A stretch of 55,843 bases of DNA, the filler included, from Sphacelaria rigidula (Eukaryota): the NCBI GenBank assembly GCA_964200075.2. It is 3 parts of 3 records of this genome, joined end to end, with 100 filler letters (N's around TTAATTAATTAA, not from the genome) between each part and the next. Parts side by side here need not be neighbours in the genome. Positions count along the whole stretch, not along the records: positions 18,651 to 37,200 come from CAXNAA020000839.1; positions 37,301 to 55,843 come from CAXNAA020000840.1; 1 more part is not named here. One strand, given 5' to 3'. The number at the start of each line of letters is the position of its first letter. Position 1 is the stretch's first letter. The notes beneath the pieces were generated by a model. It was not told where the DNA came from and made no database searches. It saw only the letters and a program-made list of their open reading frames with translations. Below are positions 32,840 to 45,193 of this stretch, piece by piece. Position numbers and translations under genes: made by a program.

Positions 32840-34427
32840 TTAATGCCGATTCATACGTGGCCCTCACGTACAAACCAGGGTTTCACTCCTGCTTCGTGGG
32901 AGTCCGGTCCCAAAAGGATTGTATTTACTGTGAAACTTTACCCGGAACCTCCACTTCGAGATACCTCCAATAACGTTCATATGATGAGCGTTACGGGTTT
33001 ATAATGTACAAAGGGACAACACTTTGGCACAGACATTTTGTCAATGTTTTCGTGATGCTCCATGCTGGGCCAGCCAAGAATCTCGCATCCCTTCTGCACA
33101 CGGTGACCCTTCGAAAATACGGAATTGGCTTGATGGAAGCTCATCTCTGCTGAACTCTGCAGAACTGCAGGCCAACCCGCTGGCCGCACGCTTCACCGCT
33201 GTTCGAGTGGCGGTCACGCGACGACGATGTCAATTGCATACCCTGAACAATAGAATACACGGTCGAAAAACGTACTGTTGCAATAGACAATATATTCCAT
33301 ACTGTACGCAGTACGTTTTTCGACCGTGTATTCTTTTGTCCACGGTATGATCATTTGAGTACAGTGTGCTTTCTACGTCATCTCTTCTTCGAATCGTGTT
33401 CTTCCTCTTCTTTTTTCTCGTGCAGAAGTAAATCGTTCTTTACTCGCGGTCGCAAATCCACTGCTATACAAAAGATTAGGGTTGGATACTGGCGCAGCCG
33501 GCCAGGATCCACTGGCTGCGACAGTAGCCAGTATACCGGATCCCATCAGTACACTTGTGGCGCGGCGCAGCCGCGACCAGCGCCCCCCTCCCGGCTGGTG
33601 AGGGGCCCCCGGCCCCCGCCGGGAGGCGTTTTTTCACGTTACTTAGCGTCACTACGATAGAGCCTAGAAACTGAGAGGTTTTTGACCAACCTAAGAGGCA
33701 CTATTTCGGGAGACAACGTCTGGTACAACGCCCAAATAAATTGTTTCCAACTCGAGGAGAATGTGAAAATAGAAAATACTAAATGTGCCACAAATGTTGC
33801 AATGCTCATCAACTCCAGCGTAGTGATGAGGCTTACACGTAATTTGTTGTAATTGAAGTGTATCGCGTGTCGTCAGTCTCAACAAGCACAGAGTACTTCG
33901 GACTTACGCATAAAAAATGGAAAGAGTACGTCTATAGTAGCCCTTGACGGCACAAGGCGTCAGCGCCCTTGATTACTAATCATGAGGCAGCCTCACACAA
34001 AAAAACAAAACGAAAGACACAGCAGCCCTAAACGTGTATCAACACCGCATTTTCTGACGCAGCGGGTGCATCTGCTGACGCAGCAGGCCCCGCGGTACCA
34101 CCACCGAAGGGGTCTGCTGTTGGCGGACTGCCAAACGTGGAAAATCTTTGAAACGTTGTAATGGTCTCCTGTTGTGTGCGTGTGCTTCGAGTGGTGTGTG
34201 TTTTCTCATTTGAGGCGGCGTGGTGGCGTAATTTAGATGGGTTTCCGCTGTTTGTTTAGGCGTATTGTGGGACGTACCTGAGTTGTGTGTATCCTGGCGG
34301 TACTTGCTTGCTGCCCGTTTGCCAGGTCTCAGGAACTGGCCAGTTCCTAAAAGCTAGCTGTGCGTACTGGTTCAGTATCCAACTTTACAAAAGATCAAAT
34401 CCGCTGCCCAGTATGACGAAGTCGGAC

Positions 34428-34714
34428 GCCCCAGTGGCTCAGTTGGTAGCCTCGAAACAATTTGACGGATGGATCGTGGGTTCGAATCTCGGAGCGAGCT
34501 GGGTCTTTTTCTCACACAAATGCCCTACACTGTAGTCGAGAGCGACTACGTCGTAGGCACACAAAATTCGACTCGATGGTCGACGAGGTAAGGGAACTGC
34601 TAACCCCCTCTCGCGATAAAAAAAACGGTGTTGACCTTCCTCCTGTGCGACCCCGGCTGGTGCGCCCACATAAACCGAAAGGTGCAGACCGGCGTCCAAA
34701 ATAGACGGGAGTGC

Positions 34715-34752
<38 letters not shown>
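34428..34752 (+). mobile_element. tRNA-derived SINE family A, near full length
   Basis: A box TGGCTCAGTTGG (34435), B box GGTTCGAATCT (34479), repeated body and (CA)n tail. There may be a degenerate TSD. Confidence 0.85.
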
Positions 34753-34754
<2 letters not shown>

Positions 34755-35972
34755 ATGAGAAATGTTGAACCCAAATTTCTCACAGGCCCTCGCGACGTAC
34801 AGGGAGCTCATGTTTTTTTTCGTTGAGGTCCTCGTACTGGAGTTTGTTTTTTCCCTCCAGATTTTTGAACTGAGCTTGGCCGTACCAATTCTTTTTGTTG
34901 GACAAGTTGTGTCACGGCCCGTGTGTTTACGTTATTAATCTTATGTAAAAGCTTCAGTTTCCCAGACCTAGAGATAAGCCCTGAAAGCCGAATAGAGAAA
35001 GAATTGTCGCCCCTACCTGCTCACCCTGCAAGTCCTACTAATTTTCGGGGTACATCAGTACCCGCGATCGCCATTGCGCTGTCACACTAGAAATGGAATG
35101 CACGGCCAAATGTTGGGAGTTTTGGGGCGGAAACTCCACAAGGATATTCTTCGCGCAATCAACAGAAATTGCCAGAGACGTTTTGTCGTCAATTTGCGGC
35201 GTTTTCTTTTTTTTCAAAGCTCCCAAATCGCTTCATCTCTCTGTTGTTTTCCCTCTCGTCACTTTTCGCGTAATAATTTATTGCGAATCTCGCCCTGAAA
35301 TGAAGCCGTTCAAAACTTTTCAACCCCAAAAAATGACCCTTGCTCGGCCCAGCATCCAGTCATTATCCAACAAGGGACAGCTGATACAGACAAGGTGTGA
35401 ATTGGGTTTATCGTGGATTGGTTCTCGAGGCGTTCGTGACCGTGTTTTGCACAATCGACCTGCAAATAGAGCCAAATTATGTGACGACATTTTTTTCACA
35501 TATGCCCACGTGACGTACTCGTAAAAGGCATCCGTGGCCGTTACTTGCTCCCGATACAACGGCTGATATTGACGAGCGCGTCATTGGAGCTTTTCACATA
35601 CACACGGATCCTTCGTGCGTGTTTGTTTTGTTTTAGATTCGTTTTTCTTAATCTGATGAGTAAGTACATGGCTGACTTTCTTTGTCGATGATGAATTTTA
35701 GGTGGATACAAGTTTCAGGGGGCCCACTTGAGCCTGGCACGACAGACTGAAGGCGGTAGATGCCGAACTCGTCGACCCGTTAATTTTAATGATGATTGTG
35801 GCTGTTCACCTCATAATTACGGGAAATTATCTTCAAGGCGAGAGAAGTATATATATATATATTGTGAGAACATCCGAACCAGTGCGTCACACGCCCCACA
35901 GATTAGGCGCCTTTATAATCGAGACAACAGGAAATGAAGAATGAGATGCATTTATTTATTTTTCAACATGGT

Positions 35973-36852
35973 TGTGTGTGTCGCCACCCCCATCAATTCC
36001 GGACGCTGGTCCACACTTTTTCGATATATGTGGACGAATCAGCCGGGATCACACGGGGAAGGAAGGTCAACACATGAGTTTGTTTGGTTGTTGTTTGAAG
36101 GACTCCACCTTACTTCTGCGGTGCTTGCTTTACTGTTTGATCGGGAGAAGAGTTCAGCGATTCTTTTCCCTCGCGGCCGTGAAGTCTACCTTTGTGTGCC
36201 AATTCGACGGTTTTCCCGGTGAGTCGGTTGGTAACCTCGAAACCTTCTGACGATCGGGTCGTGGGTTCGAGTCTTGGTGACATCACACGATCTGAGATTT
36301 TGTCACATCATGCGATAAAAAATGAAGGCAAGCACCGCAGAAGGGAGTTGAGGTACGAAAAACAAATAAAAAAAAGCTCCAGTGTTGACCTTCCTCCTGT
36401 GTGACCCCGACTGGTGCGCCCACATATACCGAAAGGTGTAGACCGGTGTCCAGAATAGATGGGACAACACACGAACACACACATACACACATGCCCAGCA
36501 GTGGAGAACGACCATGTCTTTGGTACACAAAATTCGACTTCACCGTCGACGAGGGGAAGGGGGGGCTGAATCCTTCTCGCGATAGAAATAAGACGAGCAC
36601 CGCACGCGGTAGGAAGGTGGAGTACTACAGGTGATGAAACAAAAGAAAAAAATGTGTTGGCCTTCCTCCTGTGTGAACCCGGCTGATGCGTCCACATAAA
36701 GGCGTAGACTGGCATCCACAACAAATGATATGGCGCCCACAACTCACCGTTTAGAATCATGTGAGAAAAAATGTAGATCGTGCGACTTCACCGAGATTCG
36801 AACTCGCATTCCGGCAGTCAGATGGTGTGGAGGACACCAACTGAGCCCCGGG
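35973..36852. mobile_element. Cluster of four SINE-A pieces (-, +, +, -)
   Basis: 35973-36205 minus body; 36215-36490 plus copy with A/B boxes and CA tail; 36490-36725 plus body; 36755-36852 minus tRNA head. Confidence 0.8.
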
Positions 36853-37200
36853 GACAATTGGGCGAACGACAATATATTTGGGGTCTTTCGAATGAGCTTT
36901 GACTCTCTGTGCTCAACGTCTTTTGGAAGCATGCTAAAAAAATCCATCACTTCGGAACCTTACAAGGATTGTACAAATAATGATTCGTCTGTAAATTACT
37001 TGGTTTTAGTATCATGAGTCGACTCGTGACGAATCAATCCCTAGGCTTTTTTTCAGCGTTGCAACCCAGGTACACGCACCCCAGACACGTGACATGATGG
37101 CGCAAAAGCTACGTGGATACCCCTTGGACCAGCGATCAACTTTTTTTTCCCTTTCGGGCAATCAGACCGAAGAAATCGTGAATTTGGTGATTTTGAGTCG

Positions 37201-37300
37201 NNNNNNNNNNNNNNNNNNNNNNNNNNNNNNNNNNNNNNNNNNNNTTAATTAATTAANNNNNNNNNNNNNNNNNNNNNNNNNNNNNNNNNNNNNNNNNNNN
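37201..37300. other. Assembly gap with artificial TTAATTAATTAA linker
   Basis: 44 N + TTAATTAATTAA + 44 N. Confidence 0.95.
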
Positions 37301-38002
37301 TACAGTGGCAGTCTGTACACTTGTCTAGGTTGTGGTGGCTTGTTATTACCGCGCCGTTGCCACTCGACGCCAACCCAAGAGTCTAGAGGTGAGGGGGGTG
37401 GGGGGGGGGGGGCGTACTCATTTGTTGCTCGCCTGAGTTGTTTGACCGTTGACCACGCACCCCTTTCGAGACGGAACACCGTGAAGTTTGACCGGGAGGT
37501 TTGAAGTGGGGCGTAAGCAACCAGATATTTGTAAGCAGAGTCAATTTCTTAAGCGGAGTCAAAGATAATCCATCATTCATAACAAAACATGCGTTCGAAT
37601 GGCTACGTGATGTGCTTTGCCGCGATAGTCCAAACGACATTCTGTGCAGGTCCTACCACGCTCTATCATGCATCTCGGCCGTGCCCGACTGGCATTGAGC
37701 TTCGTAGAAATGCCAGTTCCATACTTTTATGCCCACTCTTTTGTGGGTGGCGCAAGGAATGGTAGGGGATGTTTTTGAAGGGGTGATGAAGCTGTTGCAA
37801 TTTTCATATATACAATGTAGCTGGTTGCAGACTGAAATGACTGATATTTTGTGAAGGTAGACCTGCGACACATCCTCGTTTCTATCATCGACTGTCAGAG
37901 GGGAAGAGGGGCAATGCCGGTGGCACGTGACACAAATTTCACAGATATGTGTATCTTCGTTCAGGAAGGATTTTTTCATCGTCGAATATGTTCAAGTCGA
38001 AA

Positions 38003-38215
38003 TTGTGTTGTCATCCCATCTATTCTAGACGCCAGTCTACACCTTACGGTGTATGTGGGCGCACTAGCCGGGATCACACAGAAGGAGGGCCAACACAGGA
38101 GTTGTGTTTTTAGTTCTCCCCCTTCCTTCTGCGGTGCTTGCCTTTATTTTCTCATCGCGAGAGAGGTTCAGCATTCCCTTTCGCTTGTCGATCGTTGAGT
38201 CGAATTTTGTGTACT
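38003..38215 (-). mobile_element. SINE family A, 3' part, in the ARL13 intron
   Basis: gacgccagtctacaccttacggtgtatgtgggcgcactagccgggatcacacagaaggagg matches the family body. Confidence 0.8.
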
Positions 38216-38627
38216 CTTTCCGCTCACGAGAGAAGGAAATCCATAATGGATCGGTCGTCTCAGGGTTGGGCAGGGGGCGAGCATGTTCTCACCCCCTCTC
38301 CCTCCGTCCTTCCCGCAGTTGATGCGGTGGCAAATTGCACCGGAGCTCGGGTGTATTCCATATCGCACGACGGATGGGACTACGGTAAAACATTAGATGA
38401 GGAGCATCAACCATGCATCGACCCGCCCTTCGCTCATGCTGCTCCCCGAGATTCATACCAATTGCGACAATCCCGGTACGTTTGGGGACATCTTTTCCCG
38501 ATGTCGATGGGGTTCTGTAACGTAGGTAACATGAACCCTTACACACAAATCCCTCGCTACCACCAGAAACATCTGGTCGGATCCACAACCCAAAAGTTAA
38601 AAAAGTATTGACTATCTTTTTACTGAC

Positions 38628-38798
38628 CTTCCCGGAGAGGTGCTTGTGATTCATCGCAACCAAGAAATGTTCCTTGCTTTCCTCCCACCGCGCTCTGTCC
38701 GCCCCGTCAACCAAGTAGATCACACCGTGAGCGTCGTGGAAGTAGTTATTCCATATGCTCCGAATCTTTTTTCCTCCCCCGAGATCGTAGAACTTGAC
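38628..38798 (-). CDS. ARL13B: ARL13-type GTPase, exon 5 (G3/switch II)
   Basis: AG|VKFYDLGGGKKIRSIWNNYFHDAHGVIYLVDGADRARWEESKEHFLVAMNHKHLSGK|GTCAGT. DLGGG in place of DxGGQ is the ARL13 signature. Confidence 0.93.
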
Positions 38799-38912
38799 CT
38801 ACGGGAATGAGTGATGGGAGCGCATATGTGACAGCATGGACAAGGGGTGAATATATTATTGAATGGTTCGGGGAGTTAAGGGTGGGGCGGGCATTAGCTA
38901 CTGGTCTGCTTG

Positions 38913-38943
<31 letters not shown>

Positions 38944-39766
38944 ACCCCGCTCCCCCCCCCCCCCCCCTCCCTCCTCCCCCCCCCCTCCCCCTCCCTTCTC
39001 CCCTCACCNNNNNNNNNNAGAGGGTAAAAAAATATTATAAAGTTGGGGGGGTTGATGGGGGGGGGGGGGAGCAATCGAGTTATTGTTTGGTCCCCCCCCC
39101 CCCCCCCCCGCCCCCTTTTACCGTCCAGGAACACTTTTTTGTTCATTTTCTACTCCTCGCCTAGGTCGTTGCGCACTACCCGCCGTATCATAACTTTCCA
39201 AAAGTCTCGGGTTTGTGGCAATATGGGGGGTGCTAGATCATCATTCCCGTACACGAGCAGACAGCGTTTTGTCCCCCGCCATGGTTGAACGACTCGAGCG
39301 GTAGGGCAGGGAGTTGACGTCATCGAAGAAAAAGTGGAAAATAAACGCCTGAAAGCGATCAAGTTACCTGTTCTCCGACACATATGACATGTACGATCAT
39401 GGGGCATATTTGTTGCGGTGGTTTGGGGCCACCGGAGCAAGCACCGCAAATATGCCAACCGCTACCGGCTCGAAACTAAAAAAAACAACCAGTAAGACAG
39501 TAATCACAGGCCACCCGGCAGGTTTGACTGCGCCAGATCTCAATTGTAAAGTGAACGATCACATTGTTGAAAAAAACAGCTTTGCTGACTTGACAGTGGT
39601 TCCATGGGTACATCGGCCTGGCTGTCCGCCAATACTCGTAGCACGACCCTGTCTATCCCTACAGCACGTGCGGAAGTAACGTGCAATCGATGGGCTCAAG
39701 CTGTAGCCAGCACATTACAACGGCCCACCCACAAGCGTAACAACAGAACCAGATGTAGTGACTGCA

Positions 39767-39870
39767 GCACAACAACAACAACAACAACAACAACAGCAAC
39801 AGCAACAACAACCACCGCCGCCTCCACCACCACCACCACCACCACCGCCGCCGCCGCCGCCACCACAGCT
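39767..39870. repeat. Compound intronic trinucleotide microsatellite (CAA)n/(CAC)n/(CGC)n
   Basis: Read directly from the sequence. Confidence 0.9.
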
Positions 39871-39926
39871 ACAGTCACAGCCATATTAATCAAAATGGTT
39901 GGGTCCCTGACTTGCCTCGACCTCAC

Positions 39927-40157
39927 CTTGAGCTGATCGCTGAGCATCATCGTGACCGGCTTGAACCCCACGCTCGGTCGTACTCGCGGGTCATGGTCTC
40001 CTTGAAGGGTGCCGAGTAGAGTCGTCTTTCCAGCCCCGTCTATGCCGAGCAGTAACACCACCGCGAGGCGCGGGTTCTTGTTGCTAGACGTCGCCGACGT
40101 TCCCGCAGGCATCGATGCTTCGATACGTGATGGAGGCAGGTTGGCCTTCGATGCCAC
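39927..40157 (-). CDS. ARL13B: ARL13-type GTPase, exon 4 (P-loop and switch I)
   Basis: CAG|VASKAN...VVLLLGIDGAGKTTLLGTLQGDHDPRVRPSVGFKPVTMMLSDQLK|GTGAGG. Phase 0/0, in frame with exon 5. Confidence 0.92.
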
Positions 40158-40957
40158 CTGCGGAAGCCGAAATGCGACGCCATCGTCGGAGGCCCAAGCA
40201 TGTAAAAGAGATTCCGGGGGGGCGAGGGGGGGGGGGTACCTTGATGTTGTGTGTTCAAAGGTGTGTGCTCTATGTCATCTTGATGCCGTGTACTATGTTT
40301 TGGTAAGCCGCGCCAACCACGGTAACGCGAGACGCAAGTGATCGCACAATCTTTGGAAGGGGGGCGATGAAGCCGAGTGCGTCGAGGTGCGCTCTGTGTA
40401 CATAATTTTGCCTTGATTTGTGAAGACATGGGCTCTCAATCGTGTTTGCGCGAAGTATGGTGTATGCTCATCGAAATGTTTTCATCCTGAAGGGTTTTGG
40501 TGTAACCCAAGGCATACTCCTGCATTTCCTTGTACCACACACTGCGTCTTGTCCCTCGATTATCTAGCGAACACTTGCATCATACCAGAACCCGGAACGG
40601 GACCGGCCATTAACGCGCCAGATGTGCAGCATATACAGATAATATGATGATCCTACCTAGTCCATTCGGTCCCTCGCTGACCGCTGCTTCCATCCTCCCC
40701 CCCCTCTCTCTCTGTATCTGGCTCTCTACCCTTCCGTCTGCTTAGCTATATATCTGCTTGTGTTTCCATATGCGTGTCTGTCTACCTGTGGGCTCTGTCT
40801 CTGTCTCTTTCCGTCTGTCTGTCTACCTACTTGTCTGTATATGTCCACCCTCTCGCTCTTTCTCTATATATCTCCAATGGGTAATATGTGAAACATGCAC
40901 AAGTTCAGCCGACACCAAGATGAACGAAGGGGCAGTCGAATGACCGTAGATTGATAC

Positions 40958-41123
40958 CTCAACGTCCCACGGTTTGTTCCTGCTCTCTCTGACCCCTTCT
41001 GCAACAACTCGGTCTCCTGTATCGGTGGACAGGTCAGGCCTCCGCGGGGGACTTGGCGACCTTGCACGCGAGGGAATTGCGCGCGAGCAAAGAAGTAGCG
41101 GCTTCGCCTGTTGAAAACAGCTG
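40958..41123 (-). CDS. ARL13B: Predicted exon 3 of the ARL13 gene (low-complexity linker)
   Basis: ttgttccgtttcgcgcAG acceptor and GAG|GTATC donor. Phase 2/0, reading ...SRARSPSPPRRPDLSTD...KPWDVE. Confidence 0.55.
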
Positions 41124-41270
41124 CTGCGCGAAACGGAACAATCTTTGGGATCGGTATCTCTTAGTGAGGTCGATCATAGCAAAATATTAAGTCCATCTAG
41201 TCAAGCTTCCGTTTCCTTCGTGCGTCTTGTTTCGCTGTAAACTACCGGTGAAAAATATACACTATCTCAC

Positions 41271-41544
41271 CGACGCTCTGTGCGGTCCTCCTGTGGTGGG
41301 GAACTTTTCTGCACTGCGAGGTCCATGTCCTGAGCCTGCTGCAGGCGGTTTCGAGCGGTCGATGGCCGAGGTGTTGCCACTGGAGAAACTGGTTTAGCGT
41401 TGTCGGTAATGTTGCCACCATGATCGCTCCTGTACACATCGTTGTGTCGCTCACTTCCGAGAGGAGAACCTCCCGTTGATCGCAGTGGTGTTTTCGACTC
41501 ATTGAAGTTCTCGCTGACCTCGGGCGTTTGTGTTCTTACCGCTC
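41271..41544 (-). CDS. ARL13B: Predicted exon 2 of the ARL13 gene (low-complexity linker); alternative acceptor at 41379
   Basis: aaaaacgatAG acceptor and CG|GTGAGA donor. Phase 1/2, reading ...VATPRPSTARNRLQQAQ... Confidence 0.55.
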
Positions 41545-44322
41545 CTATCGTTTTTTTTTGTCACGCGAATTGTGAACGTCGTAGCGGTCGTCTTATCTAG
41601 ATTTTCTCGGATAGGGCGCGTACAGACAAGACTCGCATGCCTTCACCCTATCCGCGCATTCACCGTATGAAAAATTAACGGCACAAAAAGGCACACTTAT
41701 GTACTGTTTCGGATATAGCTACCATCTAAGTTGTAGGTGTAATCTGTTCGGCTTTACACGAATGTGTGGCCTTCATAGTCCTCTATAGATGTACCCGTAT
41801 CCAAGCATATGTCGTTGTAAAGAGATGAAGAAACAACGTTCACCTCATGCCTTATAAAACCAAAGCTGACGGAAGTTACACTAACGTGAGACTCTCTTTT
41901 GTGCTGCTGTGCTGACGGTGTCGTAGTGTATGCCGTACATACGCTTTGTGTGCCTATATGCACGTTTGACGTTTTTCCCGAAACCACATCGGATTTAATC
42001 GGAAGATATCAGGATTCTCGTGCTTCGGGTGTGGTTGATATCCTGATGAGGGAATCAAATTGCACCATTTTTTACTCCACTAGCTGCGTCATCGCGGGCT
42101 TCAAGTAGCGCGAACTCTATAATACTAAGAGCTATATCAAACCCACCTTTCAATTGGTCGCTCGTGTCAAGACATGTCGACTCAGCAATGGCGACGAGCG
42201 TGTCAACTGTGGATCTCAAATACTTCACACTTTACAAAAACGTACCTGTCTTACGTTTCGCTCGATATCAAATCGAGAGACGCGAGAAACTTCTCCGAGG
42301 ACGGCTTACGGTACAAAGACTTTAGCTCCGTGTGCGCGTTTTGTTCTTAAAAATAAGCTTCTTGTTTTCTCATGATATCTTTTTTCTTTTCAAGCCTCAT
42401 TTTGAGCCCTTCTAGCGCAATTTGGGTGCGCTTTATGCGCCTTATTCGCGTCCTTGTTGTGGCGTTGTGACAGTATCCTCTCACGAGGCGCGCCTTCTAG
42501 CATGAGGACAAGACGAGAAGGTGGGCATTCGGAGTTTCAATGATTAATTTTATTTTATAAAATGTGTGTGCGTGTGTGTTTTTGCGTCGCGCGGCAGAGG
42601 CTTCGAAGTCCGCAACTCAGTCGCCTCAGCCTCTTTCGGCTCTGCCATAGTAGCTACACTGTTGACTGCACCACCGCTGCTGTCACTCATTATCACTTCT
42701 CACTGCTGCGGTTGCACTACAGCTGTACACTGTACGCTGTACCAGTGTACAAGTCTCGATCACATTTTTGAAATCAATTTACTACCACGTCAAAAGAATA
42801 TAAAGTTGAACCTTTCTCTGATCAGACCCGCAACCAAATAGGAACTCGAAACACGACCATCAAAGTTTGAAGTATTGAAACCTGAAGCCTATCGGCCTGT
42901 CTTGTGACAAGTCACGTCACATGAAGCACTTGCGGAAAGCTGCTAGAGTGGCAGCAGGAGGCGCATGAAAAATCATCGAACTTCATGCGCGTTTCAGGCA
43001 CACTGAGCTCATTATAAACAAAACAAAAAACTTATTTACGCTGAAAAACAAAAAATTACCTAAGCTTTATGCGTGCATACGGGGGTCTGTCAGGAGAAGA
43101 TTTTCAGACACGTAGCCGCCGCCCCCCCTCCCGGAGGGCATTTTTGTTTTTAGTTCTCATGATGTTTTTTTTTGCCAAATGCTGTTGAAGAAGTCGATAA
43201 AAAAACAGTGACGAAACCGGAAAGTCTGATGGGCTTTGCGAGGTTCGTTTATTTGCTTCTGCGCCTTGCCCGCTATGTCCCGATGACCTCGGATGCCGGC
43301 CACGCTCACACACATATATGCACATAGGCGCACGGTAGCGACAGCCTGTAGCCAAAGTAGCAACATTATTTCACGCCTCACCAAACTTGCCTGGACTACT
43401 GGTAAGTACTCAAGGCACACGACACGGAACATGACCTAAAAATGTCATCATGGTAAGTGATGAGTTTTGGGGGGGCGAGCGTGTCCGTCATCTCAGCGGT
43501 CTCCATGCCAACGATCTCTGTACACGGCAGCTGACCGCATCCGCCAACGCCTCGCCAATAAACTAGGGGATAGCAGTCGGGGTGTCCCCCCCCCCTAACC
43601 CCCCCTTCTCCTCTCATTAAAACTCAATTTTTTATCTTGGGGCCTACGCGTCCCGAAATCTTTTTTCGACAGACCCCTGGCGCCTACGGAACGAAAACCT
43701 AACGGTGCATTGTACACGTAGGTGCCGAAGGTCGTTGCAGGCGATGCGCTGACGATGGTCAAGCCGCTTGCTCGTGCGCTCACAGATTTTTCACAGAAAT
43801 AGGCCCACCCGACTCGATTTAACCGTGTACTCTTGTATTATTCCCACTTTCTGTACGCGAGTTTCCCTCGCGATTGTTGTCATCCTCCTCACATTTCCAT
43901 GTGAGACCGTATAGGACACAATGTACACATGGAGGCCCCTGTGCTCGAAGGTCCTTAATTTCTACCGAAATCGGGTGAGCGGTCAAGATCCCGCACCCTG
44001 AACAATGACTTTTGTGCACAATATAAGCCCAACAGCATATATGCAGATCTGCACTGAGCTCTTACGATTCATCTCTACATTACAACCCTACGAGGTACGA
44101 TCACCAGACGTCTACAGCTGTTCAGTTCGTTCACTTGGATAGCTTAGTCAGTTTTCAGGATACCTGCTCTCACTTGCGGTTTTGGAGGGTTTTCGTCGAA
44201 AGTTGTTGTTCAGAAAATGGACGGAGTGTTGACAGTTTTCGATCACATTCGATTCTAGAACAAGATCCGAGGTCTCAAGGCGCGCAGGCTATAAAAAAAT
44301 CATTCATGTTGTCCATATTCAC

Positions 44323-45193
44323 CTCGGAGCTGCTCGATAAGGAAGGATTCCACATCTGTGGGCATGTGTCGCAAGGTGCGGTTGATGAGCTCGGTGACCA
44401 GGGGCCCAATCTCTCGTGCCATGAAGAGACGATCCCTACGCTGAGCGAGCCTCCCCACAGCATTGCCCACAGTACCACTGCCACTATCTTTGTCCTTACA
44501 CCCATTACCCGTATTCAGTTCACCCTTCCCGCTGCCGTTGCCACCATCGCTACTACAACGGCCACTTTCCACAGTGCCTACCGAGTATTTAGGACTAGGA
44601 ACCCCAATAGCTGCACGAGAATTGGACGCGTTGTTCTTATCTAACCGTGATGTATCATTCTGATAGGCTGTTGCGGAAGCAACACCGTTCTTGTTAGTGC
44701 TGCTGTCATCTTGTTTTTCTTTCCTTGATACAAAAAGCAGGTGGCGGAGCGCGGCATCGTGAACGTTCGTCGGGTGGTCGGACACGAGCGCCAAAATCAA
44801 AGCGCCCATCACGGGATCTACCTTCGCACAGAGGTAGGCATGGGTTTCTTCGACTCGTCGACGTTGCCTGGGAGAAACCCTGCGCCTAGCAGGTTTTACC
44901 TCTACACAACCTCCTCCCACTATCCCTGAGTTGACGGTGGTCCTTCCATAGCCGCCAGCCGCCGCCGTGAATGGCCGACCGCCCCCACAGCCCCCACCCC
45001 CGCCGTCATTGTGTTCGCTAACGGCGGTCGCAGCGTTGTGCATCCCATCTTGATTTGCACGCCACCGTGCGCGTCTTCGTCTCCCGCGCTCATCTCGGAG
45101 ATGTCTAACTTGTGCCAAGCTGCTACCCCCACCGAGACGTACCGATGGGGGTGCTGTAGAAGGCGGTGGCGGGTGTGCCAGTGTCGTTGCCAT
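44323..45193 (-). CDS. ARL13B: Predicted first coding exon with two Dpy-30/RIIa-like dimerization/docking motifs
   Basis: ccaATGG start after an in-frame stop. Motifs AYLCAKVDPVMGALILALVSDHPTNVHDAALRHL (44735-44854) and LFMAREIGPLVTELINRTLRHMPTDVESFLIEQL (44327-44434). G|GTGAAT donor, phase 1. Confidence 0.75.

Noticed and set aside
34428-34500. Functional tRNA gene
   Set aside because: A/B boxes are present but no clean cloverleaf, and the head is fused to a repeated body and CA tail, so it is a SINE head.
39604-39936. Poly-Thr/Ala or poly-Val ORFs
   Set aside because: These are translations of an intronic microsatellite beyond the exon 4 donor.
42961-42990. gcgcatgaa/ttcatgcgc hairpin as a Helitron 3' end
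   Set aside because: No CTRR terminus at the expected distance and no other Helitron evidence.
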